IMG/VR virus record: IMGVR_UViG_3300020469_000020
Span: 1 to 64,000 of that record
DNA length: 64,000 bases
Direction: 5' to 3' (one strand)
Source of the DNA: a virus
Shown here: in pieces, positions 1-9,445 of the stretch
Numbering within the stretch: the stretch's first letter is position 1
How the letters are laid out: each line of letters starts with the position of its first letter
Position numbers and translations under genes: made by a program
The notes under the pieces: model-generated
What the model saw: the letters and a program-made list of their open reading frames with translations, nothing else
The model's database searches: none
Told to the model about the DNA's origin: nothing

Positions 1-1686
1 GTCACCACCAAGTTGTGGATCTGTATCTTCTACAACATTTGATATTCCTCCGCCACTACCTGCATTATCTGCTTGTGGTTGCCATTCACTTGCGCTAGAA
101 TTCCACTTTAGTACCTGTCCATTACTAGGTGCTGTAGCAGATACATCTGTATGCGAACTTAATGCTCCTACACTTGTCAAATAACTACTTAGATCTGGTG
201 GAGTATAAGTAAAGACTCCTGATGTATTATTATAAACTAAGTTGGCAGTTCCTACTGAATTTTTTGTTACACTTAAATCAGTTAATGATATTCCACTTCC
301 GCCACTACTTGTTAAATCTGAAGCAGGAGTCCATGAACCAGAAACCCATTTTAGTACTTGCCCCTCACTTGGAGTTGATGTACTAACATCTGTATGTGAA
401 CTTAATGCACCTACACTTGTTAAGTAATTAGTTAGATCTGGTGGTGTATATGTAAAGACTCCTGTAGTATTGCTATAAAGTAAGTTGGCAGTTCCAACAG
501 AATTTTGTGTTACACTCAAACTTGTTAGAGCAATTCCACTTCCTCCACTTCCAGTGTTGTCAGCAGCTGGCGTCCATCCAGTAGAAGCATCCCACTTTAA
601 AACTTGTCCTGCTGATGGAGTTGCTGTACTAACATCTGTTAAACTTGATATTGTTCCGCTATAAGCTACATTAGCTAGAGGGTCTGTATATCCAGCACCT
701 ACTGGATTACCATAAGATGTGTCTGTAAGTAATTTTCTCCACTCACCAGCATGTGCATAGTATGCTGCACCAGTTGCGTGAACATGCATAACCATGCCAT
801 GATAAGTGCTTGGTGAATAACTATTTAAGTCTGATTCTACAGCAACAAAGTTAGAATATAAAATTTTATTTGAGCCAAAATCATATTCACTATTAGTAGA
901 GTTATATGATGGAGAGTTAGTTGGTGTCCAATTACTACTTGTGGAATTCCAAGTTAATACTTGGCCATTGCTTGGTGTTGCTGTACTAACATTAGATAAT
1001 GTGCTGATAGCACCTAAAGTTAATGAATTGTTAGCAACATTTATTGTTTTGTTAGTGAGTGTTTGTGTTCCTGTTAAAGTAACATAATCAGCATTTGAAG
1101 TATTAGCACCGCTTATCGTAATCGGCATCCAATGATTCATTGTTGAATTCCATCCTAATACTTGACCATCGGTAGGATTATGGTTTACACCAGACATAGT
1201 TCCAGATGTCATGACATCTGTTACATCATTTAAACTTGAAACAGTAGAACCACCTGCAGAGTTAGCAGGTATCCAGTTTCCTAAATCAGAACTCCAAGTT
1301 AATACTTGATTATTTGCAGGTACATAACCTACACCAGAAGTTTTTATATCATTTAAATTAGCCAAAGTATTTTCTACTGATACCCATTGACTAGATTCTG
1401 GCCAATATTCAAATCTTTGTCTAAAACTATATGCTGTATTTGCGCTTACGTCAGATAGATCATTTAGATTAATTATTAAATTATTGTTTGCCGCTCCAAT
1501 AGTTTTATTTGTAAAAACACTAGATGAGGATAGATATGAAGAAGCATCAAATGTAATGGTAGTCCCATCACCTAAACTAGTATAAACCTCGTTAAAGTTT
1601 GCATTTATTTTTGATGCACCATCACGAAGAGTATCTCCAGTATTATCATTTGGTACTGACCCTTTGTTAATTGTTTGTTTTGCCAT
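1..1686 (-). CDS. Tail fibre / baseplate-attached fibre protein, partial (runs off left end)
   Basis: Not in the ORF track. ATG at 1686 gives MAKQTINKGSVPNDNTGDTLRDGASKINANFNEVY, the gp9/gp10-type N-terminal anchor motif. The same frame reads ...VEDTDPQLGGD at base 1. Contains L-x-x-x-x-D-V...P-x-x-GQVLxW repeats and a YHGMVMHVHATGAAYYAHAGEW module. Confidence 0.85.
   Translation of the reverse strand, partial: MAKQTINKGSVPNDNTGDTLRDGASKINANFNEVYTSLGDGTTITFDASSYLSSSSVFTNKTIGAANNNLIINLNDLSDVSANTAYSFRQRFEYWPESSQWVSVENTLANLNDIKTSGVGYVPANNQVLTWSSDLGNWIPANSAGGSTVSSLNDVTDVMTSGTMSGVNHNPTDGQVLGWNSTMNHWMPITISGANTSNADYVTLTGTQTLTNKTINVANNSLTLGAISTLSNVSTATPSNGQVLTWNSTSSNWTPTNSPSYNSTNSEYDFGSNKILYSNFVAVESDLNSYSPSTYHGMVMHVHATGAAYYAHAGEWRKLLTDTSYGNPVGAGYTDPLANVAYSGTISSLTDVSTATPSAGQVLKWDASTGWTPAADNTGSGGSGIALTSLSVTQNSVGTANLLYSNTTGVFTYTPPDLTNYLTSVGALSSHTDVSTSTPSEGQVLKWVSGSWTPASDLTSSGGSGISLTDLSVTKNSVGTANLVYNNTSGVFTYTPPDLSSYLTSVGALSSHTDVSATAPSNGQVLKWNSSASEWQPQADNAGSGGGISNVVEDTDPQLGGD
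130..620 (-). repeat. About 243-nt (81-aa) tandem duplication inside the fibre gene
   Basis: Two copies encoding SVGTANLxYxNTxGVFTYTPPDLxxYLTSVGALSSHTDVS...GQVLKW, at about 156-253 and 398-495. Confidence 0.85.
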
Positions 1687-1715
1687 TTCGTTATTTGTTT
1701 AACTTTTTAAAAAAA

Positions 1716-2000
1716 TTAACCGAGTGCTATTGCTAATGCAGTTACATCTCCTAGTGATGCGCCGCCTCCTCCACCGCCTCCACTTAATGAACTTAAATCA
1801 ACAGTTACTGCATTTGCTCCACTAACTCTTCCCAAAGACAATACACTTGTTGAAGTTGAAAATGAAGCACTATCTAAACTCAAGTTTAAAACATCTGTGA
1901 TACCTTCTAATGTAGTACCAGAAGGAACCATAATGTTATTACTTACAGTATTAGCTTCAAATACAGTTACGTTTGCTAATCTTAGAGTTCCTGCAGCCAA
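1716..2000 (-). CDS. Small virion/fibre-associated protein
   Basis: TTG start with GGAGA SD; poly-Gly linker; C-terminal ALAIALG motif typical of phage fibre-associated proteins. Confidence 0.7.
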   Translation of the reverse strand: MAAGTLRLANVTVFEANTVSNNIMVPSGTTLEGITDVLNLSLDSASFSTSTSVLSLGRVSGANAVTVDLSSLSGGGGGGGASLGDVTALAIALG

Positions 2001-2014
2001 CTATATTTCTCCAA

Positions 2015-2218
2015 TTAAGTATTATATATTATTTTTTCTGCGTTTATAGTATTACCGGTTGGTGAACTAATTGTGCTAATGTTTCTAAGTAAGACGGACA
2101 TATCTGAATAATTAATCTCAATGTACGGTAATGTTTGATCTACACTCTTCATAACGTCTACACGTAGTTGAGGTATTTTTTGAATAGGCATTCCACCTAA
2201 TGCATATATTTGAGGCAT
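2015..2218 (-). CDS. Hypothetical protein, paralog of 2220..2423
   Basis: 67 aa; G-x-PIQ-x-IP-x-LRVD and G-x-x-I-x-x-x-KI shared with the neighbouring gene. Confidence 0.75.
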   Translation of the reverse strand: MPQIYALGGMPIQKIPQLRVDVMKSVDQTLPYIEINYSDMSVLLRNISTISSPTGNTINAEKIIYNT

Positions 2219-2219
2219 A

Positions 2220-2423
2220 TTACGGATTAACTTGAATTTTATCTGTTAGAATTTCAGTACCTGCTCGAGTATAAATAGCTTTCACATTAAATAAATTTAC
2301 AGCATTATTTGCGTTATCAACTTCTAATATTTTTACATTAGCAGATTGATCCATAATTAAGTCAACTCTTAATTCTGGAATAACTTGTATTGGTGTACCT
2401 CTTAAATCAAAAAACTGAGCCAT
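2220..2423 (-). CDS. Hypothetical protein, paralog of 2015..2218
   Basis: 67 aa; start overlaps the upstream stop (TAATG), with a GAGGA SD. Confidence 0.75.
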   Translation of the reverse strand: MAQFFDLRGTPIQVIPELRVDLIMDQSANVKILEVDNANNAVNLFNVKAIYTRAGTEILTDKIQVNP

Positions 2424-2752
2424 TATTCCTCTAGTATTATTTTTTGTAGTTCTTCAAAATTCAGATTATCAAATTCTTTATAAGACCTATCATTAAAACT
2501 AAATTCAAAAATATTATTATTTACCTCTTTAATTTCACTAATGTGATTTATGCTAACAGCAATGTTGTCTTTTAAAAATAATAATTTTAAATTTTCTTTT
2601 ACAAATTTATTGAAATCTTCAAATTCATCTTTTTGCTGTTGAATATCAAATGTTACTTCACCACTAAAAGTTAAAGTCAATATATTATTAATATATTCAA
2701 AGTATAATAGGTTATTTGTATTAAATAACCTTTTTTCAATTTTCAAAAACAT
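2423..2752 (-). CDS. Hypothetical protein (two internal ~50-aa repeats)
   Basis: 109 aa ORF tightly packed in the operon; MFLKIEKRLFNTNNL and LFLKDNIAVSINHI halves. Confidence 0.65.
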   Translation of the reverse strand: MFLKIEKRLFNTNNLLYFEYINNILTLTFSGEVTFDIQQQKDEFEDFNKFVKENLKLLFLKDNIAVSINHISEIKEVNNNIFEFSFNDRSYKEFDNLNFEELQKIILEE

Positions 2753-2757
2753 AATTA

Positions 2758-4212
2758 TTATGGAGCAGAATTAGGATATGTTATAGTGTTAGCATTTACA
2801 TTCCAAATACCTACACCGTATTTAATATACCATGTGCGATAGAAACTTTCCCATTCTAGGTGAATCACACTTGGTACGTTTGGTTGACGATTGTATGCAA
2901 CTCCTTCTCCAGAGTTTCCATCAAAAACACCTTCATAATTCATAAAGTTTGCAGCATGTGCATTGATAAAGACATTTGCTGTTTGTGTTCCTTTTGCTAC
3001 TTTAACTTCTAAATGATTATCAGGAGAATATTCACTTCCCATTTCTGGTAAATTAATATATAAATTATCTGTTACAGTATTTGCATATACATTTAATCCA
3101 CCTCTGTTAGCAATTAGATCATGATTAATATTAAATGTACTATTTGAATTGGCTAATGTTGCATATGTATAAACAGTAGCATTTGTAGTATTTGGGACTA
3201 GTGTATCATTTTCTAAAACAACTGTTGTTCCGCTATGAGAATGGAATCCTCTGCCTCTAACATTTAAAACACGTACAGTTGCTCCTAAGTCTAAACCTTC
3301 AGCAAATTTTAATATTTTATATTCATTACCATAGAATACTTCTGTATTATTACCATATGAATCTGTAACAGTTCTTTTGCCTGCTGGTGTTGTTAGGATA
3401 TCATAGTTCAAAGTAGATTGTACAACACCATCAATTGTTACCATCAATCCAAATTTATCATATACTTCATTGGCTAATGAAAATGAACTTTGCTTATCTG
3501 TTGCTATGAAAATTTCTTCTAGTGCTGTACTGGATGATACGTTAGTAGAAGTTGTTGTTCTAATAGATACTTTGGTTTCTAAAGGCGGAGCTTCAAAAAA
3601 TTTAAGTCTAGTTAATCCCTTATAAAATTCAAATTCATATGAATCAAATGGCTCTTGTATAACACCTCCAACACTAACAATTGCATTGTAAGTTGATATG
3701 GGAACACTAACCTCAAATACAGTATTAGCACCATCTCCGTCAAATCTTTCAATGTGATTCCAGTTTGCTAATTTTAAACTATCTACATATTGTTTTGTTG
3801 CCACATCATGTGCATGTGTTGGCAATGCACTATGTCTAATTCTACCATAATTCAAATCAATTCCTGGTTGATTTGTCATAATAACATTAGGAGTGACTTT
3901 TCCAAATGTAACTACGGAATTTTCATTTATTGAAAGCGCAGAATTATAAATTGTGAATGTTGTTCCAGATGGAACATTAAAAGCAGGAGATACACTTACT
4001 ACAGTGTCGCTAGTTCTTGCAGTAATATATTTTGATTTACCATTACTGAAAACTATTACTTTATCTACGAACTCAGTATTTGCAAAATATGATGAACCTA
4101 CAGTAACTGTATTTGTTGAATCTGCACTTAATGTTCCGGTAGTTCCAAAATATACTTCACCGACTCTGATAAAGATATCATCTTTAGTTACAGTATTATT
4201 GATAAAAGCCAT
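2758..4212 (-). CDS. Virion structural / baseplate-fibre protein
   Basis: 484 aa; DVATKQYVD fibre motif; two beta-sandwich repeats (IVSVGGVIQEP..Y..LKFFEAP and MVTIDGVVQS..Y..LKFAEGL); AAGGA SD. Confidence 0.75.
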   Translation of the reverse strand: MAFINNTVTKDDIFIRVGEVYFGTTGTLSADSTNTVTVGSSYFANTEFVDKVIVFSNGKSKYITARTSDTVVSVSPAFNVPSGTTFTIYNSALSINENSVVTFGKVTPNVIMTNQPGIDLNYGRIRHSALPTHAHDVATKQYVDSLKLANWNHIERFDGDGANTVFEVSVPISTYNAIVSVGGVIQEPFDSYEFEFYKGLTRLKFFEAPPLETKVSIRTTTSTNVSSSTALEEIFIATDKQSSFSLANEVYDKFGLMVTIDGVVQSTLNYDILTTPAGKRTVTDSYGNNTEVFYGNEYKILKFAEGLDLGATVRVLNVRGRGFHSHSGTTVVLENDTLVPNTTNATVYTYATLANSNSTFNINHDLIANRGGLNVYANTVTDNLYINLPEMGSEYSPDNHLEVKVAKGTQTANVFINAHAANFMNYEGVFDGNSGEGVAYNRQPNVPSVIHLEWESFYRTWYIKYGVGIWNVNANTITYPNSAP

Positions 4213-4252
4213 TTTTTTCCTTTAGTACAATTTTAAATGCCTTATAGCTATA

Positions 4253-5833
4253 TTATTTATTAATTTTATTTTCAAGTTCTGTTATTTTTTGCTGCTGTTC
4301 TTGTAGTGCAGAAACTAAAACAGGTATAATTTGACCATACTGAATACCTTTAATACCGTTACCACTTTTTACTATATTAGGTAGAACATTTTCTATGTCT
4401 TCAGCAATAAATCCTATTTCATTTTTGTTTTGAGTATTTTTTCTATCGTAAGTTACTGGCTTCATATTCATTACATATGCAAGACCATTGTCAAAATTAT
4501 TAACATTTTCTTTATAGGAAATAGAAGATGATACTACATCTGGTTGTGCAGAGAAAACTGTATTAGCAACATGTACATCATTACCTGCATAGACATCTTT
4601 TACAATTCCAATTCCACCCGCAAGAGTTAAAGAACCTGTAGTTGTAGAAGTAGATTCGGTACTATCTGAATATATAACAGGTCTTGTAAATGTAGATAAC
4701 ATATCAAAATTTACCATTTGTGCAGAACTTACACCGTTAAAAGATGCTAATCTAAAATTAGAACCATCTATATCTGCTTTTAAATGTACACCTGTTGTTG
4801 CTCCAACTGTTAAACTATTTGATGCTTGAGAATCATTAAACGTGACTACACTAGCAGAAGTTGAACTTAAATCTTGATCAATAGTTGTATCTGCGGTAAC
4901 TGTGACGTTATTTCCAATAGTAACTACTGCATCTGTATTAAGAGTCATCGTTGAATTTGCATTAACATCAATGAAACAGTTATTTGCTAATGTTAATCCT
5001 GTTCCAAGTTGCACTTCATCAGATTTTACTATGACACTTTGTGTTCCATCAAAAGTTAAACTTAATTGATCGGTTAATCGTGTAAATTTATATCCTGATG
5101 TGATGGCTTCTAAAGATCCATTTGCTGCATTTTTAAAATATAATTTATTAAATATGTCTCCAAGAGTAACATTACCTTCTATAGTAAGTCCATTATCATC
5201 TAATAAAGATGTTCTTAAAAATGAACCATTATCTACCTTGAAAGTAACATCACTTGTTTGAGCTACTACTTGAGTGTTAGAAGTCAAACTTCCAATTACA
5301 GAAGTAGTTGATCCTTGAAGCTGAATGGCAGATATTAATGTTGCAATAGACATTTGATATAATGCTGTTCCCGATCCTGTTTTATCTACAGAAATAAGCA
5401 TTCTATCTGATGTTTTTACATCCGCTGATAAAACTGGATTTTTACCATCAATGACATAGTTCTCTGAATTTCTATCTACAGTTAGATTGTTATTATAATA
5501 ATGAACTAAATCTCCATCCGCCGGAGCATTTATTTGTACTCCACTTACATTACTAATATCTACGCCAGCATTATTAAAATTTTTAAATTCTAAATCACCG
5601 GAAGAATTAATGGCTAGATAGTTATTCAAAGGAGAGGCAGGTTTTGTTGTTGGAAAACTATATCCACTGCTTCCAGAACCGCCAACTTTCAAACTAGTAG
5701 TGACTACATCTGTAGCTTTTACGTTCACTATGTCTGCATCATTTGTTACATCTATGTTTGTAAACCCTGCTGTAGAGGTACCAGAATTATATGGTGAAAC
5801 AACAGTATCTATATACCCTAAGATTTTAGCCAT
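4253..5833 (-). CDS. Tail fibre protein with C-terminal S74 intramolecular chaperone
   Basis: STSTTTGSLTLAGGIGI fibre motif; SSISYKENV...MKPVTY...IGFIAEDI...LP...YGQIIPVLVSALQEQ plus terminal coiled coil. Confidence 0.85.
   Translation of the reverse strand: MAKILGYIDTVVSPYNSGTSTAGFTNIDVTNDADIVNVKATDVVTTSLKVGGSGSSGYSFPTTKPASPLNNYLAINSSGDLEFKNFNNAGVDISNVSGVQINAPADGDLVHYYNNNLTVDRNSENYVIDGKNPVLSADVKTSDRMLISVDKTGSGTALYQMSIATLISAIQLQGSTTSVIGSLTSNTQVVAQTSDVTFKVDNGSFLRTSLLDDNGLTIEGNVTLGDIFNKLYFKNAANGSLEAITSGYKFTRLTDQLSLTFDGTQSVIVKSDEVQLGTGLTLANNCFIDVNANSTMTLNTDAVVTIGNNVTVTADTTIDQDLSSTSASVVTFNDSQASNSLTVGATTGVHLKADIDGSNFRLASFNGVSSAQMVNFDMLSTFTRPVIYSDSTESTSTTTGSLTLAGGIGIVKDVYAGNDVHVANTVFSAQPDVVSSSISYKENVNNFDNGLAYVMNMKPVTYDRKNTQNKNEIGFIAEDIENVLPNIVKSGNGIKGIQYGQIIPVLVSALQEQQQKITELENKINK
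4254..4261 (-). promoter_or_regulatory. Putative T4-type late promoter (AATAAATA)
   Basis: Overlaps the stop of 4253..5833; lies about 40 nt upstream of the 484-aa gene. Confidence 0.45.
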
Positions 5834-5845
5834 ATCCTTTAACCC

Positions 5846-8800
5846 TTATACTGATTTAGATTTTCGTATTCTTTTTTTAGGTAACTGAGATCTCAATTCG
5901 TTAATCTCTCGTTGTTGCTGTTTCATTCCTTCAATAAGTAATGCCACAACTTTACTATATTTAACTCCAGATGGATTAGAATCTGTATCAAAAGATGCTA
6001 AATTTGGAACTATATCAGCTACATTTTCTGCTAATAGTCCATATTCTTTTTTACTTTCTCTATCGTGTTTCCATGTAAATTCTACACCATTCAACGCCAT
6101 TACTTTATCTATTGCAGAATCAATTGATGAAATATTTTCTTTTAGTTCTCCAGCCGAAAGTTCAGTTACAGATGAACCCACAAATAAATCTCCTGATACA
6201 CCAACACCTCCTTGAACTACTAACGCACCGGTTGTGATTGATGTTGATGGTTGACTTGTTCCAATAATTGTATTACCAGTAAATCTGACATCATCAGTAT
6301 AACCACTAGAAAGTTCTGAACGATTTACAGTATTGATTGTAGTAACACCTATCTTTCTTCCAGGCTGATGAACTACTGTAATAATCTGACTCACAGGTCT
6401 TACAGTAGTAAATGTTAATGTACTAGTAAATAAAGAACCAACAGGAACACTAGCTAAAGTATACTCACCTTTTTGAATACGTATACCATCTATATAAACA
6501 TCTATTTCATTTTTCTGAAATGCTATTGACAAGTTTGCGAATGGAATTGCGTATGTAGCTGTAGCAGTTACTGTAAATGTATATTCATTTACTACACTAT
6601 TTAATGCTTCCCAATTTTCACCATTGTACATTTCTAATGAATTGAAATATTCTGAAGTACTAGTTGTAGCATCGTGTATTTCAATACCATCAGAAACAAA
6701 ACGGAGCATTCCATTTGCTGAATGTTCTGGTCTTTGTGATGTAGTACCTACAGGTAATTTGAAATAACCTGTTCCTCTAACATCTACACCTTGTGGTTCC
6801 ACTAAAAGACTTGTTGTACCACTATATGTATTTCCACTGATGGCTGTTTCATCAATCGTTCCTGTGTTGAAGATTTCATATACAGTTGTGTTTGCATTTC
6901 CTTCAACTCTAATTGTTCCTGTTCTTATTACACCATTACCATCAGTTGCTGTTCTTGTAGAAGTTAAGAAATTATTTGTATCTGTAACTTGTGCAACTAT
7001 AGTACCATTAGCGGTATGGTATAAAATATCATCAGTATCACCAGCTTCTATTTTCGTATCTTGATTTAAGTCTACTACTCCTCCAAGACCTCTCCATTGA
7101 CCAGAAGTGTATCCTTCAAATAAATTTTGTGCTGGATTATATCTTATGATTCCATCTTGAGTAGGAGTATAATCTAAAGATTCACTAGGTAAAACAACGC
7201 CACTTTTTGTTCCTCTAAAGTTTGCAAAATCACCATCCATTGTTAAAACAGAATTGTGATTTTTAGTAACTGTAAATTCAAGAGGATTTTCAATAATTGC
7301 TTTATTAGTATCTGACTTTAATTCAAATGTGCTTAGACTACTTGCTCTAGGAGAAGCAACAACAATTGTACCTCCATGAGCAACATTATTATTTGCCCAA
7401 TAATAGAAGTCTCCGGCAGATACAGGAGTGAATGTTACATTAGCGTATGTTGCTGCAGCAAAAGCTGCTTTATATGCAGTATATTGATCGTATATTACAC
7501 CGTCAAGTTCATAGGTAACACCATCAATGTAATTATCTGCAGCAGCCTCATAACCGGCAGTATTTGAATTTCCTATTCCAAATACTGCATTTGGATGACT
7601 AGCAACAGTCATATTAAATGTTATTGTATCACCGGAATCTAAATTTACTTGTGCATTTGGAGAACCGTTTATTAAGTATCCAGAACCTCCATAAGTAACT
7701 CCTCTTGTGAAAAAGAGTCCCATTGGATAGCCAACTTCAATTTCTCCACCCATAGAAATATTATTTGCAGTTACTGCAATCTGACCATTTGCGGTAAATG
7801 TATTACTATCTGATGTATTCCAATAAAAGTATGTTCCTGTAGTAACACTTGGTGCAAATGTTACGTTTGCAAAACCAGCAGTTGTCGCTTGCCATGCTGC
7901 TTTATATGCATTAAAATCTTTTCCACCTGTTCCATCATATACAGTTCCATTTATTTCATATGTTACATCTGTATACTGTCCAAATATAACATTTGTTTCT
8001 ACATTAGGATCACCATAAGAAGCAGTTCCAATTGCGAATGGATATGTATTGTGTCCTGGTTTATCAAAGTGTGTTCGGAAAACAAAAGTGTCTCCTAAAT
8101 CAAGTTCTATAGTTGGATTTGTTTCTACTGTTCCACCAAGAGGTATATCTAGTGAAAATCCTGAACCAGGTGTATTTGCTGAAAATAAAACTTCACCAGA
8201 TACTGTTGTGTTAATTATGTTTCCAGAAAGATAGTAATATTTACCAGATGATGCTGGATCAAAAGTTATTTCTACGGTCGCATTTGTTTCTGCTAAAAAT
8301 GCAGCTTTATACGCAGCATATGTATTATAAAAAGTAGTACCAATTTTATAACTAATTTCTGAGCGACTAGTAGTGCTAGATGTACTTGAATCTGGATCAA
8401 GTATGTAAGATTCTCTAGAATTTCCAGAAACCGTTCCAATTGCTAAAGGAACAGTATTACTCATTGGTTTAGTTGATGTATTAATCTGATATGTTAATTT
8501 CAACATATCTTTTTCATTCATAACAATTTTTTCTCTAGAAACACCTGCTATTTGAAACTTCTTTGAAAATACATCTAACGTAATAGTTTTAGCGACTTCT
8601 GTAGCTCCAAATTTAGGAAATCTATTTCCACTATCAACAAGTCTAAAGGAAGCATTGGTTGCCTCTACATCAAATCCTGCCAATTCTGCAGAGGTTACTG
8701 TACCACCCTTATTTAAAACTATATTGTTGTCTTCAACATTCAATGTAGCTGTATTAAATTCTGTTTTAGTACCTTTGACCAAAAGATTTTTTTCTATAAC

Positions 8801-9226
8801 AACATCTTCTTCAAAAGTAGTTGCTGTATTAGCAACAGTTACCTTTAATGCACCATCTACAAATGTTTTAACATCCGCTAAACTAGCTATCACATATGTG
8901 TTTGCTGCTTGGCCACCTGGGGTATCTTTGATTGTTGTTTTATCTTCGGCACGAATAGCTTGATATGTTGCATTAGCAGTTAAAACTGTATTATCATCTT
9001 CAAAGGTATTATAGTCAGTATGAATTCTGTCTATTCTTGTTCCATTTAGCAACGCAATTGAATTTGCAGTCACATCATGTATCGTTAAACTACCCGTACT
9101 ATCATATCTGACAAGCTTAGTTGCAGTTTTTATAGCATTAGCTTCATTTAGATCATTGATCATCTGGTTTGTGGTATCTAACCAATTACCAAAAGTTTGA
9201 CCTGTTACTATTCTGTTAATTGCCAT
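5846..9226 (-). CDS. Long tail fibre protein with S74 chaperone
   Basis: N-terminal TFGNWLDTTN motif; GIIRYN..FEGY..W modules; three cupredoxin-like repeats; C-terminal SAGELKENI...LNGVEFTW...YGLLAE...YSKVVALLIEGMK. Confidence 0.85.
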   Translation of the reverse strand: MAINRIVTGQTFGNWLDTTNQMINDLNEANAIKTATKLVRYDSTGSLTIHDVTANSIALLNGTRIDRIHTDYNTFEDDNTVLTANATYQAIRAEDKTTIKDTPGGQAANTYVIASLADVKTFVDGALKVTVANTATTFEEDVVIEKNLLVKGTKTEFNTATLNVEDNNIVLNKGGTVTSAELAGFDVEATNASFRLVDSGNRFPKFGATEVAKTITLDVFSKKFQIAGVSREKIVMNEKDMLKLTYQINTSTKPMSNTVPLAIGTVSGNSRESYILDPDSSTSSTTSRSEISYKIGTTFYNTYAAYKAAFLAETNATVEITFDPASSGKYYYLSGNIINTTVSGEVLFSANTPGSGFSLDIPLGGTVETNPTIELDLGDTFVFRTHFDKPGHNTYPFAIGTASYGDPNVETNVIFGQYTDVTYEINGTVYDGTGGKDFNAYKAAWQATTAGFANVTFAPSVTTGTYFYWNTSDSNTFTANGQIAVTANNISMGGEIEVGYPMGLFFTRGVTYGGSGYLINGSPNAQVNLDSGDTITFNMTVASHPNAVFGIGNSNTAGYEAAADNYIDGVTYELDGVIYDQYTAYKAAFAAATYANVTFTPVSAGDFYYWANNNVAHGGTIVVASPRASSLSTFELKSDTNKAIIENPLEFTVTKNHNSVLTMDGDFANFRGTKSGVVLPSESLDYTPTQDGIIRYNPAQNLFEGYTSGQWRGLGGVVDLNQDTKIEAGDTDDILYHTANGTIVAQVTDTNNFLTSTRTATDGNGVIRTGTIRVEGNANTTVYEIFNTGTIDETAISGNTYSGTTSLLVEPQGVDVRGTGYFKLPVGTTSQRPEHSANGMLRFVSDGIEIHDATTSTSEYFNSLEMYNGENWEALNSVVNEYTFTVTATATYAIPFANLSIAFQKNEIDVYIDGIRIQKGEYTLASVPVGSLFTSTLTFTTVRPVSQIITVVHQPGRKIGVTTINTVNRSELSSGYTDDVRFTGNTIIGTSQPSTSITTGALVVQGGVGVSGDLFVGSSVTELSAGELKENISSIDSAIDKVMALNGVEFTWKHDRESKKEYGLLAENVADIVPNLASFDTDSNPSGVKYSKVVALLIEGMKQQQREINELRSQLPKKRIRKSKSV

Positions 9227-9238
9227 CGTTTTCCTAAA

Positions 9239-9445
9239 TTATTTGGATTGTAATAAGTTAGATATAATCTTTTTCATTTGTTGAATTTCGCTTTTAAGTA
9301 AACGAATTTCACTATCTTGTTGTTTTATATGTTTTTCAACTAAATTTTTTTGGCGAAGGTATGCTCTATGACTATTTATGTTATCTTTGTTTACAGCAAC
9401 TATTGCCAAATTATTCTTGTCTCTTTTATAATCTTCAATTGACAT
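9239..9445 (-). CDS. Small coiled-coil virion protein
   Basis: KRD..AI..N...EIRLLKSEIQQMKKII pattern, like the small gene that follows VrlC/DUF4815 genes in marine T4-like phages. Confidence 0.7.
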   Translation of the reverse strand: MSIEDYKRDKNNLAIVAVNKDNINSHRAYLRQKNLVEKHIKQQDSEIRLLKSEIQQMKKIISNLLQSK

